IMG/VR virus record: IMGVR_UViG_3300021959_007301
Coordinates: 23,243 to 87,242 of that record
DNA length: 64,000 bases
Direction: 5' to 3' (one strand)
Source of the DNA: a virus
Below, piece by piece: positions 38,043 through 47,587 of this stretch (positions are counted from its first letter, which is position 1; every line of letters starts with the position of its first letter). The position numbers and the translations under genes are program-made. The notes under the pieces were generated by a model that was not told the DNA's origin, ran no database searches, and saw only the letters and a program-made list of their open reading frames with translations.

Positions 38043-39754
38043 TTATATTTAAGAAAGTAAGATATAAAAATTTATTATCATCAGGTAACAAGTTTACCGA
38101 AATTCAATTAGATTCCCACCAAACAACTTTGATTTTGGGAGAGAATGGTGCAGGTAAGTCTACCTTATTAGATGCACTGTGCTTTGGACTCTATGGTAAA
38201 GGGTTCAGAAATCTTAAGAAAGACCTTCTTATAAACTCTATCAATGGACGTGACCTTATAGTTGAGGTTGAGTTTGATATTGGTAGGAAATCATATAAAG
38301 TAATTCGTGGTGCAAAACCAAATAAGTTTGAGTTGTACGTCAATGACACACTCATTAATCAAGATGCAACCATGAAGGACTATCAAGAACACTTAGAGAA
38401 GAACGTACTCAAAATGAGTTACCGTTCCTTTACTCAAGTTGCAATTTTAGGTTCTGCAAACTTTACACCTTTTATGCAGTTAAAGGCAGTAGAAAGACGT
38501 AAACTCGTAGAAGACCTATTGGATATCTCTATCTTTACAACTATGTCTGACATATTAAAGACGAAGATTTCCGAACATAAGATTGACGTGAATGAAAATA
38601 ATCATGAAATTGAAATACTAGAAGAACGTATCAACGGATTGAATGGACAACTTAATGCACTTCGTGAAAATCGTGAAAAGAAAATAAAACAATATGAATC
38701 CACCGTTGATGAAACTCAAACAAACATCGACAAACTTTTAGGAGAGGTGGATGAAAAGACGGAAAATGTGGTGGAGAAAAAATCCACCATCAAGGATAAA
38801 GACCCTCAGGGCGATAGACTCAAAAAAGCAACAGAACTGGAGAGACAGTTGCAAGATGCTAGAAGGAAAGCAATTAAGGATGTCGAATTCTATGAGGAAA
38901 ATGATGACTGTCCAACATGTAAACAGGGATTAGATGATGAACATAAAAAGAAACACATTGCAGAAAGACAAGCTAAAGCAGATGAAATCAGGACTGCTTT
39001 GGTTGAAATTGAGAAGACAATCAACGAGTCCAATGGAAGACTTGAAGAAATCTCCAAGGTACAATCCGAAATCGATGATATTCAGAGAGGAATTGGTCTT
39101 CTTCAAGCAGAAGTGGTTTCAAATCAAAAATTCATTAAAAAGATTCAGGGAGAGATTACTAAGTTAGAACAGGAACAGACTAGTAATAATAATGTTCAAG
39201 AACTCATTGACAGTGAAGAGGATACATTAGACATTCTCCATACAAAAAAAGGAACACTTGTTGAACAGAAACATTATCATGACATTGCTGTGACACTACT
39301 ACGAGACCAAGGTGTCAGACAAAAGATTATCAAACAGTATGTTCCAGTCATGAATAAATTAATCAACAAGTATCTTGCACAACTTGAATTCTATGTTGGG
39401 TTTGAACTTAACGAATCTTTTGAAGAAACAATCAAGTCACGATTCAGAGACGTATTCAAATACGATAACTTCTCACAAGGTGAAAAGATGAGAATCGATT
39501 TATCATTATTATTTACTTGGAGAAGTGTAGCACGTATGAAGAACTCAGTGAATACCAATCTACTCATACTAGACGAAGTGTTTGACAGTTCATTAGACAC
39601 TAATGGTACAGATGACTTCCTAAAATTATTAAATACCTTGACAGAAAAGACAAATGCATTTATCATATCTCATAAAGGAGACGTGCTTTACGACAAGTTT
39701 GAAAATGTTATTCGATTTGAGAAACATAAAAACTTCAGTCGCATTGCAGAATAG
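38039..39754 (+). CDS. gp46: Recombination ATPase gp46 (Rad50-like)
   Basis: GENGAGKST, CPTC hook, FSQGEK, LDEVFD. Confidence 0.96.
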   Translation: MIIFKKVRYKNLLSSGNKFTEIQLDSHQTTLILGENGAGKSTLLDALCFGLYGKGFRNLKKDLLINSINGRDLIVEVEFDIGRKSYKVIRGAKPNKFELYVNDTLINQDATMKDYQEHLEKNVLKMSYRSFTQVAILGSANFTPFMQLKAVERRKLVEDLLDISIFTTMSDILKTKISEHKIDVNENNHEIEILEERINGLNGQLNALRENREKKIKQYESTVDETQTNIDKLLGEVDEKTENVVEKKSTIKDKDPQGDRLKKATELERQLQDARRKAIKDVEFYEENDDCPTCKQGLDDEHKKKHIAERQAKADEIRTALVEIEKTINESNGRLEEISKVQSEIDDIQRGIGLLQAEVVSNQKFIKKIQGEITKLEQEQTSNNNVQELIDSEEDTLDILHTKKGTLVEQKHYHDIAVTLLRDQGVRQKIIKQYVPVMNKLINKYLAQLEFYVGFELNESFEETIKSRFRDVFKYDNFSQGEKMRIDLSLLFTWRSVARMKNSVNTNLLILDEVFDSSLDTNGTDDFLKLLNTLTEKTNAFIISHKGDVLYDKFENVIRFEKHKNFSRIAE

Positions 39755-39766
39755 ATAAATAGTATT

Positions 39767-41164
39767 ATGAAAAGTTTTTCAGAGTTCACAGGATTAGACA
39801 CTACAACGAACACTAAGAGAGTTATCTCTGAGTTAACTGTGAGTCCTGATTATCAACGAAAGGGTGTATTTAATCCCTATTATGTTTTAGATACTAAGAT
39901 GGAACCCATCACTAATATAGTAGGTGATGGTGAAATCAAATTCAAGTGTACCAACACCCCAGCAGGAGAAGAGTTACTTACATTAGGTAATGGTAAATTC
40001 TTTTTCCAAATCGAGAAGGATGGGGTAGACCAACCCTATTATATAAGAACAACTAAGTCTGCAGTTAAAGACCACCTCGGTGGGGGTACACGTAAAAACT
40101 CTACCGCTTCATCTAACGTAAATGAATTCTTATCTCTTTACTTTGTTGCACATCCTGAAGAAGGAAACATGGACAGTGTAGACTGGGAGAAAGAGGTTGG
40201 TGGACGTACAGGTAAGACTGGAGTTTTTGATGGTGAAGGAAATGCAGTTACATACGAAGACCTAGTTGCATTATTAGATGCAGACGAAACTGCACAACGT
40301 GATATCAAGATTGGTATGGCAAACGGAGTTGCAGTAAGGAATGACCTCAAAGGCAGAAAGATTAAAAAACTCTACTGGACACCAAGAGGTAAACCTGCAG
40401 GAATCAGTGGTAGGAATCCATCAGACGTGATAGTAGAACTAGACGATGGTTTTATAGGATACTCTAATAAAATTTCTTCAGGTAAAGATGCAACGCCAAA
40501 GATGAATTCATCTATTACTGCACAATATAAAAAACTTGGAGACTCAAAACAACTTAAAACAGTAATGGGATTTATTGATAAATCTTTAAAACATGCATTT
40601 GATTCTATCAACAATTCTGAACTCAAAAAGACAATTACACCACTATTAAAAAAAGTTGCAAAGGACGATTACACAGAAGGTGGTTCGAAATCTTCTTTCC
40701 CTAAAATTGCAAGAGAGTTTAACAAACATGCACTGAATTTTTATCAAGATGGGTTTTATTATCCTTTTAGAAATAAACTTATTAACTTTTTCAAAAATCA
40801 TCTTGGAAAGAGAGACGGAAAAAACTTACAGTACATGTTAAACACTATGGGGTACTACACTTACCCTGATGCTGACTCAACACCATGTCCATACAAGATG
40901 TTAATTGGTGCAGAGTCCAAGTCTGTTGTTAAAGACATTGCAGATAACATAGAATTAAAATCTATCGTATTAGAAAAAACCCCTAGTAATTATACAGGAA
41001 TTAAAGTAGAATATAAGGAAGGTCAACAATCGTTTAAGGTACATTTCAAATATAAACCATTAAACAAGAATTGCACTTTACCGATTACGTTGAGAACAAG
41101 AGCATCAGGAGGTTGGCAAGGCAAATCACTTTATATGTCATCCTCAGGTTTAATAGTAAAATAA
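39767..41164 (+). CDS. Hypothetical protein, possible PD-(D/E)xK nuclease fold
   Basis: NE..., NPSDVIV...IGYSNK motif; late promoter upstream. Confidence 0.5.
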   Translation: MKSFSEFTGLDTTTNTKRVISELTVSPDYQRKGVFNPYYVLDTKMEPITNIVGDGEIKFKCTNTPAGEELLTLGNGKFFFQIEKDGVDQPYYIRTTKSAVKDHLGGGTRKNSTASSNVNEFLSLYFVAHPEEGNMDSVDWEKEVGGRTGKTGVFDGEGNAVTYEDLVALLDADETAQRDIKIGMANGVAVRNDLKGRKIKKLYWTPRGKPAGISGRNPSDVIVELDDGFIGYSNKISSGKDATPKMNSSITAQYKKLGDSKQLKTVMGFIDKSLKHAFDSINNSELKKTITPLLKKVAKDDYTEGGSKSSFPKIAREFNKHALNFYQDGFYYPFRNKLINFFKNHLGKRDGKNLQYMLNTMGYYTYPDADSTPCPYKMLIGAESKSVVKDIADNIELKSIVLEKTPSNYTGIKVEYKEGQQSFKVHFKYKPLNKNCTLPITLRTRASGGWQGKSLYMSSSGLIVK

Positions 41165-41165
41165 T

Positions 41166-41804
41166 ATGTATCAATTAATAGACGAAGCATCAAAGGTGTT
41201 AAGAACACCTCCACTACCTTTTGATTTTGAAAACCCACCACACGACCCTAAAGAACTTGAGAAGTTACTTGCAGAGGCAATGGAAAAGTTTGGTGGTATC
41301 GGTCTTTCTGCAAACCAAGTAGGAGTAGATGCAAGAGTTTTTGTAATGAGAACAGCAGATTCAGGTATTGTTGCATTCTTCAATCCTGAACTCACCAAGG
41401 TCTCACAAGAAACAGATTTAATGAAAGAGGGGTGTTTATCATTCCCTGACCTTTATTTAATGATTAAAAGGTCTAAAGTAGTAGAACTAAAATATCAAGA
41501 CAGTGATGGTGAAGAACATATCATTACACTAGATGGATTAGGTGCAAGATGTGTCCAACATGAAATCGACCACTTAAACGGAATAGTATTCTTACAACGT
41601 GCATCTAGATTGAAACTTGAACGTGCTCTCAAGTCTAGACCAAAAGAGAGACAACGGAGAATTAACTATGAACGAAATCAAGCCATTGCAAGAGCAATCA
41701 AAGATTTACAGTCCAAAAAAGATTCCGAATCTACTGGAGAAACCAGTAGCGAAGGACTTGATACTGTGGATGAAAGAACACACACACTTGAGAACAGTGG
41801 GTGA
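41166..41804 (+). CDS. def: Peptide deformylase
   Basis: GIGLSANQVG, EGCLS, QHEIDHLNG. Confidence 0.95.
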   Translation: MYQLIDEASKVLRTPPLPFDFENPPHDPKELEKLLAEAMEKFGGIGLSANQVGVDARVFVMRTADSGIVAFFNPELTKVSQETDLMKEGCLSFPDLYLMIKRSKVVELKYQDSDGEEHIITLDGLGARCVQHEIDHLNGIVFLQRASRLKLERALKSRPKERQRRINYERNQAIARAIKDLQSKKDSESTGETSSEGLDTVDERTHTLENSG

Positions 41805-42318
41805 TGGTTCAGATTATACTGCAGTAAATAAAGTACACATTCACAAACAAAGTGTCAGAGACTGTCTCAATGCAATTGAGTATAATCTAGTTGGTGAGAT
41901 TCGTAAAATCTGTGATGCAGTTGTATTCCCTGAAATGACCATTCTCACTGAATGGGCGATTGGTTCTCTACAAGAACCTCATGTTGACCTTTACAGTAAT
42001 CATGATGTTAAAGTAGGAGACGATGCTCCAAGTTTTTCTAGAGGGTGGACATGTATCATCAATCTAAATGATGACTTCAGGGATGGACGTACATACTTCC
42101 CACCATCTGAACACAATCCTAAATTAATAGAAGTTCAACCTGAAGTTGGAGCTGGTCTTCTGTTTCAAGGTATTCACCATTTACATGGGGTTGAAAAAAT
42201 TAGAGGTTGTCCACGATACACTATTGCAATATGGTTTACCACAGACTTAGGTAAAATCATGTACGATTCCCCCATCAAAGACCTCAACATAGACCACGTA
42301 CAGGCTAGACTTACGTAG
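41668..42318 (+). CDS. 2OG-Fe(II) oxygenase (prolyl-hydroxylase-like)
   Basis: HVD, LNDDF.DG.TYF, HGVEKI...RYTIAIW. Confidence 0.82.
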   Translation: MNEIKPLQEQSKIYSPKKIPNLLEKPVAKDLILWMKEHTHLRTVGDGSDYTAVNKVHIHKQSVRDCLNAIEYNLVGEIRKICDAVVFPEMTILTEWAIGSLQEPHVDLYSNHDVKVGDDAPSFSRGWTCIINLNDDFRDGRTYFPPSEHNPKLIEVQPEVGAGLLFQGIHHLHGVEKIRGCPRYTIAIWFTTDLGKIMYDSPIKDLNIDHVQARLT

Positions 42319-42351
42319 GCCTTGACAATGCCCCCAACTTTTTGATACACT
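42306..42351 (+). promoter_or_regulatory. Early sigma70-type promoter, copy 1 of a repeated element
   Basis: TAGACTTACGTAGG..TTGACA-N18-TACACT. Confidence 0.65.
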
Positions 42352-42374
42352 AGTATCATCAATTGGAGGTAAAT

Positions 42375-42566
42375 ATGTCAATTAAGTACCTGAAAGAAAT
42401 CACCAAGTGGGATGGGGATATCCCCAACCACACTTATATGGTGGATGAAAAAGGTAACCTTGTTGGTTACATCAAAACTGGAACTAAGGAGGAGATTATC
42501 TTTAAATCTCCAATGAAACAGTTCTCCAAATCTCATAGAAAATTCATAGACTTACGTAGGGGTTGA
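42375..42566 (+). CDS. Small early hypothetical protein
   Basis: GGAGG RBS; LKEITKW...PNHTY...FSKSHRKF. Confidence 0.7.
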   Translation: MSIKYLKEITKWDGDIPNHTYMVDEKGNLVGYIKTGTKEEIIFKSPMKQFSKSHRKFIDLRRG

Positions 42567-42592
42567 CAAAGCCCCTCACTTTTTGATACCAT
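42547..42592 (+). promoter_or_regulatory. Early sigma70-type promoter, copy 2
   Basis: TAGACTTACGTAGG..TTGACAAAGCCCCTCACTTTTTGATACCAT; ATG follows a few nt later, so possibly a leaderless transcript. Confidence 0.65.
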
Positions 42593-42598
42593 ATACAC

Positions 42599-44929
42599 AT
42601 GACTGAGAAATTAAGAACCCAAAAAGACACTCTTGCGAAACTGATGGCTACTGAAGACATCACTGTTGTTCATAAGAGAATTCCAACTGCATACTTTGAT
42701 GTTAAGAACAGGATTCTTGCCTGTCCTATTTTCAAAGAAGATATCTCACCTGAACTCTATGACTTGTTCATGGGTCATGAGGTGGGTCATGCATTAAACA
42801 CACCTTACGAAGGACTACACTCCACTCTTAAAGAGAACAGAACTCTTAAGGGTTACCTTAACGTTATCGAAGACGTGAGGATTGAGTCTGCAATTAAAAA
42901 CAAATACCAAGGACTAAGAAAGTCTTTCTTCAAAGCATACAATGAGTTGATGGAAAAAGACTTCTTTGGTATCAGTAAAAGAAACTTACAAGAACTTTCA
43001 TTGATTGACAAAATCAACTTGATTACTAAAGTTGGTTCAAGGGTCAACATCAAACTGACTGATGAAGAAGAATCATTCCTTGACATGGCATATGCATGTA
43101 AGACTTGGGATGATGTTGTGGTTTGTGCTCAATCAATCTACGACTGGTCTAAAGAGAATGAGACTAGGGATGAGAATGATGAATCTATCGTTCCTTCTTC
43201 TTATCAGTATGAAGAGTCAGACTTTGAAGATGAAGACTTCGATGACTTTGGTGGTGATGAAGGTGAGTACGAAGACGAAGATGGTGACCACGGTGACGAA
43301 AGTGGGTCTGAAGAGTCTGAAGACACTCTTCCTGATTTAGAAACAGTAGAGGGTGATAAACCTGCTGATGCAATCTCTTCAGAAGAATCTGAAGAAGAGG
43401 ATGATGACACTAAAGACACTGGTACTAAAGTTGCTGGTAGAAACGGTGGTGGTTCTTACGATGATGAAAACGGTGCAAGGGAGTCAATTACTGAACACAA
43501 TGCACACAACAACGAAGACCAATATCTTTCTGATGCAAACATTATCAAAACTCAGTTCACTCCTCCTATCAAAGAATTGACCACTGACGAAATGCTAGTG
43601 TCATGGTCTCAGGTTAAAAAAGACTGGACTGAATATCTTTCAACGAAAGATACACCTAAAGCAGAATTGATGGGTGAACACACTGCAAAGAAACTAGAAC
43701 AAAAGTCTAGGAAGATTGTCTCTCACATGGCAAAAGAATTTGACATGAGACAGACTGCACAAAGAAGTAAACATGCATTCACTGGTAAGACTGGTAAGTT
43801 GGATATGAATAGACTTGCCAAGTATCAGATTGTTGATGATGTTTTCAAAAGAGCAGTCTACCTTCCTGAAGGTAAGAACCATGGTCTAAACGTAATGTTA
43901 GACTGGTCAGGTTCTATTGCTAATGAAGTGAAGGACTTGTTAGAACAGTCTCTAATTCTTGCAGAGTTTTGTAGAAAAGTTCAAATCCCTTACAGGGTTT
44001 ACCTGTTCTCAGACTCTTATGGAAGAGACGGTTGGGACAGTAGGGATGCTAGACTGATTGAGTTGTTGTCTAATGAACAATCAAACAGAGACCACAAACT
44101 TGCATGTAAGTACATCGGATGTATCTACAATGAGTATTTCCTAAGAGAGTTTTCATTTAGAAATTATGAGAAAGCAGAAAAAGCATACAACGAATGGTTC
44201 TCACCTATTGATGAACACTTTGGTGGTTACCTTTACATGCCTTCTTCCGCTCCAAATGGTTATGGTTTAGGTGGTACACCACTTGACCAAACACTAGGAT
44301 ACATGAGAGTGTTGCTTCCTGCTTTCAACAAGAAGTATGGTATTGAGAAATCAATCCTCACTGTCATCACTGATGGATACTCTCACACTGGTAACTTGTA
44401 TGATAAATCAGTTTCTGAACATGACGACTGGGACAAACAATGGAAGTCGATTGAAGAAGATAATGAGTATGTCTATAGAAGTGGTGTGACTCAGTCAAGA
44501 GAATTGATTGACCCTTTCACTAAAAAGGTTTACACTTTCGCCATTGAAAAGGGTTGGGATAGAAATGAGTTCAAAAGAACTCAGAACATTCTCAACTGGA
44601 TTGCTGACACTACAGGTGTCATAGTCACTGGTTACTTTGTTGTTGGAAAGAAACACGAAGCAATGAATGTCCTTCATGATGCAACTGGAAAACATCATGA
44701 CGAAGATTGGGCAGAAATCAGAAAGACTGGTAAGGTTTACTCAGTCCACGGATATAACAAATTGTTCATCACTTCATCGAATGCATTAAGAGTCGATGGA
44801 ACTGATGAACTTGACGAAGAACTTGTCGATGCAAAGAAGGTTAGAATCTTGGCTGCATTCAAGAAAAATCAGAAATCTAAAACTACTTCTAGATTTCTAA
44901 CTAATGAATTTATTAAGGAGATAGCATAA
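42599..44929 (+). CDS. CobT-like protein (HExxH metallopeptidase-like N-terminus, acidic linker, vWA domain)
   Basis: HEVGH, LNVIEDVRIE, LDWSGS MIDAS, GGTPL, ITDG. Confidence 0.85.
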   Translation: MTEKLRTQKDTLAKLMATEDITVVHKRIPTAYFDVKNRILACPIFKEDISPELYDLFMGHEVGHALNTPYEGLHSTLKENRTLKGYLNVIEDVRIESAIKNKYQGLRKSFFKAYNELMEKDFFGISKRNLQELSLIDKINLITKVGSRVNIKLTDEEESFLDMAYACKTWDDVVVCAQSIYDWSKENETRDENDESIVPSSYQYEESDFEDEDFDDFGGDEGEYEDEDGDHGDESGSEESEDTLPDLETVEGDKPADAISSEESEEEDDDTKDTGTKVAGRNGGGSYDDENGARESITEHNAHNNEDQYLSDANIIKTQFTPPIKELTTDEMLVSWSQVKKDWTEYLSTKDTPKAELMGEHTAKKLEQKSRKIVSHMAKEFDMRQTAQRSKHAFTGKTGKLDMNRLAKYQIVDDVFKRAVYLPEGKNHGLNVMLDWSGSIANEVKDLLEQSLILAEFCRKVQIPYRVYLFSDSYGRDGWDSRDARLIELLSNEQSNRDHKLACKYIGCIYNEYFLREFSFRNYEKAEKAYNEWFSPIDEHFGGYLYMPSSAPNGYGLGGTPLDQTLGYMRVLLPAFNKKYGIEKSILTVITDGYSHTGNLYDKSVSEHDDWDKQWKSIEEDNEYVYRSGVTQSRELIDPFTKKVYTFAIEKGWDRNEFKRTQNILNWIADTTGVIVTGYFVVGKKHEAMNVLHDATGKHHDEDWAEIRKTGKVYSVHGYNKLFITSSNALRVDGTDELDEELVDAKKVRILAAFKKNQKSKTTSRFLTNEFIKEIA

Positions 44930-45201
44930 TGGAACCATTGAAAATTGATGAACAATTCTATTGGGGTACTATGAACACTAGTCCAATGTCTAAACTTGCT
45001 GATGCAATTATGGAGATTGGGCCTTCACCCTGCATGAAGTTTGAATGTGAGAGGAAAGACTTATGTGCCACAGAAGGTGTTGAGTGTAAGGCATTCAGAT
45101 TTTGGGTGAACAACGGTGCAATGGAAACTTGGTCTAAGAAGGAAGGCAAAATGGTTTCCATTGAAAAGGATGTGACTAGAATTTTAAGGATTATAGAATA
45201 A
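44929..45201 (+). CDS. Hypothetical Cys-containing protein
   Basis: SPC...C....C......C..F. Confidence 0.6.
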   Translation: MEPLKIDEQFYWGTMNTSPMSKLADAIMEIGPSPCMKFECERKDLCATEGVECKAFRFWVNNGAMETWSKKEGKMVSIEKDVTRILRIIE

Positions 45202-45206
45202 TGGGG

Positions 45207-45236
45207 TTGACAAAGCCCCTCACTTTTTTATATAAT
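45207..45236 (+). promoter_or_regulatory. Early sigma70-type promoter, copy 3
   Basis: TTGACAAAGCCCCTCACTTTTTTATATAAT. Confidence 0.7.
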
Positions 45237-45264
45237 ATAAACTGATGATGAATAAGGAGACTAC

Positions 45265-46509
45265 ATGAATAAAAGATCATATGACAGGTCAGAGTCAATT
45301 TCGATTGACGGCAAACCCTTCCACTTTACCCCTGACAGGAAGGAATTTTTGGACTCACTTCAGAAGAAGTATCCAAATCAAACCTCTTTTACTAAAGAGG
45401 ATTTCGAGAATCTAGGACATTTCCCCTACTGGGTGAAACATACTAGGTATAACTTTAAACAAGGTTCGGTGTTTAATCTCCAACCTATTTTGGGTGGTGG
45501 TTCCACTGCTAAGGTTGTTGAAATGAAAACTCCAACTCCTGCACCTCAGGTGACAGTCATGCCGACACAACAAGTGTCAAACATGCCAGTTGCTGCTGCA
45601 ACTGAGTCTGTCAATTCTGACAACTTCAAAATCATTCCTGAGAAAATGTCGAACTATGTTCCCTTTGGACACTTCAAAGATGTTGAGAACATCATCAAGT
45701 CCAAAATCTTCTTTCCAGTATTTGTGACTGGTCTTTCAGGTAATGGTAAAACATTGATGATTGAACAAGTGTGTGCAAAACTGAAGAGAGAACTCTTCAG
45801 AGTTAACATCACCATCGAAACCGATGAAGATGATTTGATGGGTGGACATACTTTAGTCAATGGTAACATTGTCTTCAGAGAAGGCCCTGTCATCAAGGCA
45901 ATGAGGAAAGGTGCTGTCCTTCTTCTTGACGAAGTTGACTTGGGTTCTAACAAGATGATGTGTCTGCAATCAGTTCTTGAAGGTAAAGGATACCTTATCA
46001 AGAAAACTGGTGAGTGGGTGACACCTGCAGAAGGTTTCACAGTTCTTGCAACTGCAAACACTAAAGGACAGGGTTCAGAAGATGGAAAGTTCATTGGAAC
46101 TCAAATCATGAACGAGGCAATGTTAGAAAGATTTGCAATCACTATGCAACAGGAATATCCTCCAGTGACTACTGAGAGAAAAATCCTTGCAAAGGAAATG
46201 GAATTGACTGGTTCGGTTGACCAAGAATTCGTTGAGAAACTTGTCGACTGGGCAGACGTTATCAGAAAGACTTTCTACGAAGGTGCAATCGATGATGTCA
46301 TCACTACTAGAAGGTTAGTTCACATCGTGAATGCCTACAGAATGTTTGGTGACAAACTCAAGTCCATTCAAATGTGTATCTCTAGGTTCGATGAAGAAAC
46401 TAGGAATGCAGTTCTTGACCTCTACACTAAGATTGATGCAGGGGTCAGTTTGACTGATGAAGATAATTCTGAAAACCCCATTGACGAATCAGGTACTGAA
46501 GAGGTATAA
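45265..46509 (+). CDS. CobS/MoxR-like AAA+ ATPase
   Basis: GLSGNGKT, LLLDEVD, ATANTKG, LERF. Confidence 0.9.
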   Translation: MNKRSYDRSESISIDGKPFHFTPDRKEFLDSLQKKYPNQTSFTKEDFENLGHFPYWVKHTRYNFKQGSVFNLQPILGGGSTAKVVEMKTPTPAPQVTVMPTQQVSNMPVAAATESVNSDNFKIIPEKMSNYVPFGHFKDVENIIKSKIFFPVFVTGLSGNGKTLMIEQVCAKLKRELFRVNITIETDEDDLMGGHTLVNGNIVFREGPVIKAMRKGAVLLLDEVDLGSNKMMCLQSVLEGKGYLIKKTGEWVTPAEGFTVLATANTKGQGSEDGKFIGTQIMNEAMLERFAITMQQEYPPVTTERKILAKEMELTGSVDQEFVEKLVDWADVIRKTFYEGAIDDVITTRRLVHIVNAYRMFGDKLKSIQMCISRFDEETRNAVLDLYTKIDAGVSLTDEDNSENPIDESGTEEV

Positions 46510-46805
46510 TGGTGTCAATGTTTGGTAAAAAGATTAACTACAAGTACAACGAGGGTGAACTCCTAAAGGAGTTTGCCCAGTACATCGACAAAACGTATGA
46601 CCAACATTACAGTTTGAACAAATACCAATCCACTGAATTTATTATTGACAGTGGACATGGTGAAGGTTTTTGTATCGGAAATATTTTAAAGTATGCACAA
46701 CGATACGGAAAAAAAGATGGGAAGAATAGGGCAGACATCCTTAAAGTGTTGCACTATGCTTTGTTTATGTTATATGTGCATGATAAGGAGACTAAATCAA
46801 AATGA
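46509..46805 (+). CDS. DUF3310-like protein
   Basis: YIDKTYDQHY...GFCIGNILKYAQRYGKKDG. Confidence 0.8.
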   Translation: MVSMFGKKINYKYNEGELLKEFAQYIDKTYDQHYSLNKYQSTEFIIDSGHGEGFCIGNILKYAQRYGKKDGKNRADILKVLHYALFMLYVHDKETKSK

Positions 46806-47473
46806 TGAAAATAAGTGATAATACGAGGAGCATCCTCAAAAACTTTGCTACCATTAACAGTGGTATTAAAGTTGGAACTGGAAACCAACTGAAGACTATT
46901 TCAAATATGAAAAATATTCTTGCAGTTGCAACTGTGAATGAATCCTTTCCTAAGGATTTTTCAATCTACAATCTACCTGAGTTCTTAGGTGCAACTTCCT
47001 TATTGGATGACCCTGAGTTTAACTTTGGTGATGCAAGTCTGACGATTGCAGACACGAATACAACCATGTCTTACTTCTATGCAAGTGAGGGAATGGTAAA
47101 CTCACCTGAGAAAATGGTGACAATGCCTGATGCAGAAATCAAAATTGATTTATCATCTACACTTCTTTCTGAGTTGCAGAAAGCATCAAGTGTATTGGGT
47201 GTGAATGACTTGGTACTTGAATCAGATGGTACTAAGATTACACTTACTGTAAAGGATAAAAAGAATGCTACCTCTAATACATTCTCAAGAACTGTAGGAG
47301 AGAACACTACAGGTGTTAAGTATTCAATGAACTTCAAGATTGAGAACTTGAAAGTTCTAGATGGGAACTACGAAGTATTTGTTTCTTCGAAGGGTATTTC
47401 AAACTTCAAGAACAAAGATGTAGACTTAGAGTATTTTATTGCACTGGAACCTGATTCAAAATACAATGTTTGA
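46802..47473 (+). CDS. gp45: Sliding clamp gp45
   Basis: LKNFATIN, FSIYNLPEFL, YFIALEPDS. Confidence 0.93.
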   Translation: MMKISDNTRSILKNFATINSGIKVGTGNQLKTISNMKNILAVATVNESFPKDFSIYNLPEFLGATSLLDDPEFNFGDASLTIADTNTTMSYFYASEGMVNSPEKMVTMPDAEIKIDLSSTLLSELQKASSVLGVNDLVLESDGTKITLTVKDKKNATSNTFSRTVGENTTGVKYSMNFKIENLKVLDGNYEVFVSSKGISNFKNKDVDLEYFIALEPDSKYNV

Positions 47474-47484
47474 CCTATATATTG

Positions 47485-47586
47485 ATGTGAGGATTGTGCC
47501 AGTCTCTGCAAATCTCACGGGAGCTTTCCAATCTCATCATCCTTCAAGGGTGGAAGGCACTGTGAACTCGGTGGGGGGTTCACACC
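47485..47586 (+). ncRNA. Candidate structured leader upstream of gp44
   Basis: Three GC-richer hairpins filling the gp45-gp44 intergenic space. Confidence 0.4.
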
Positions 47587-47587
47587 T

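Noticed and set aside
42599-46509. CobT/CobS as cobalamin biosynthesis genes
   Set aside because: No CobN in the window; this vWA plus MoxR-type AAA pair is a common T4-like phage module.
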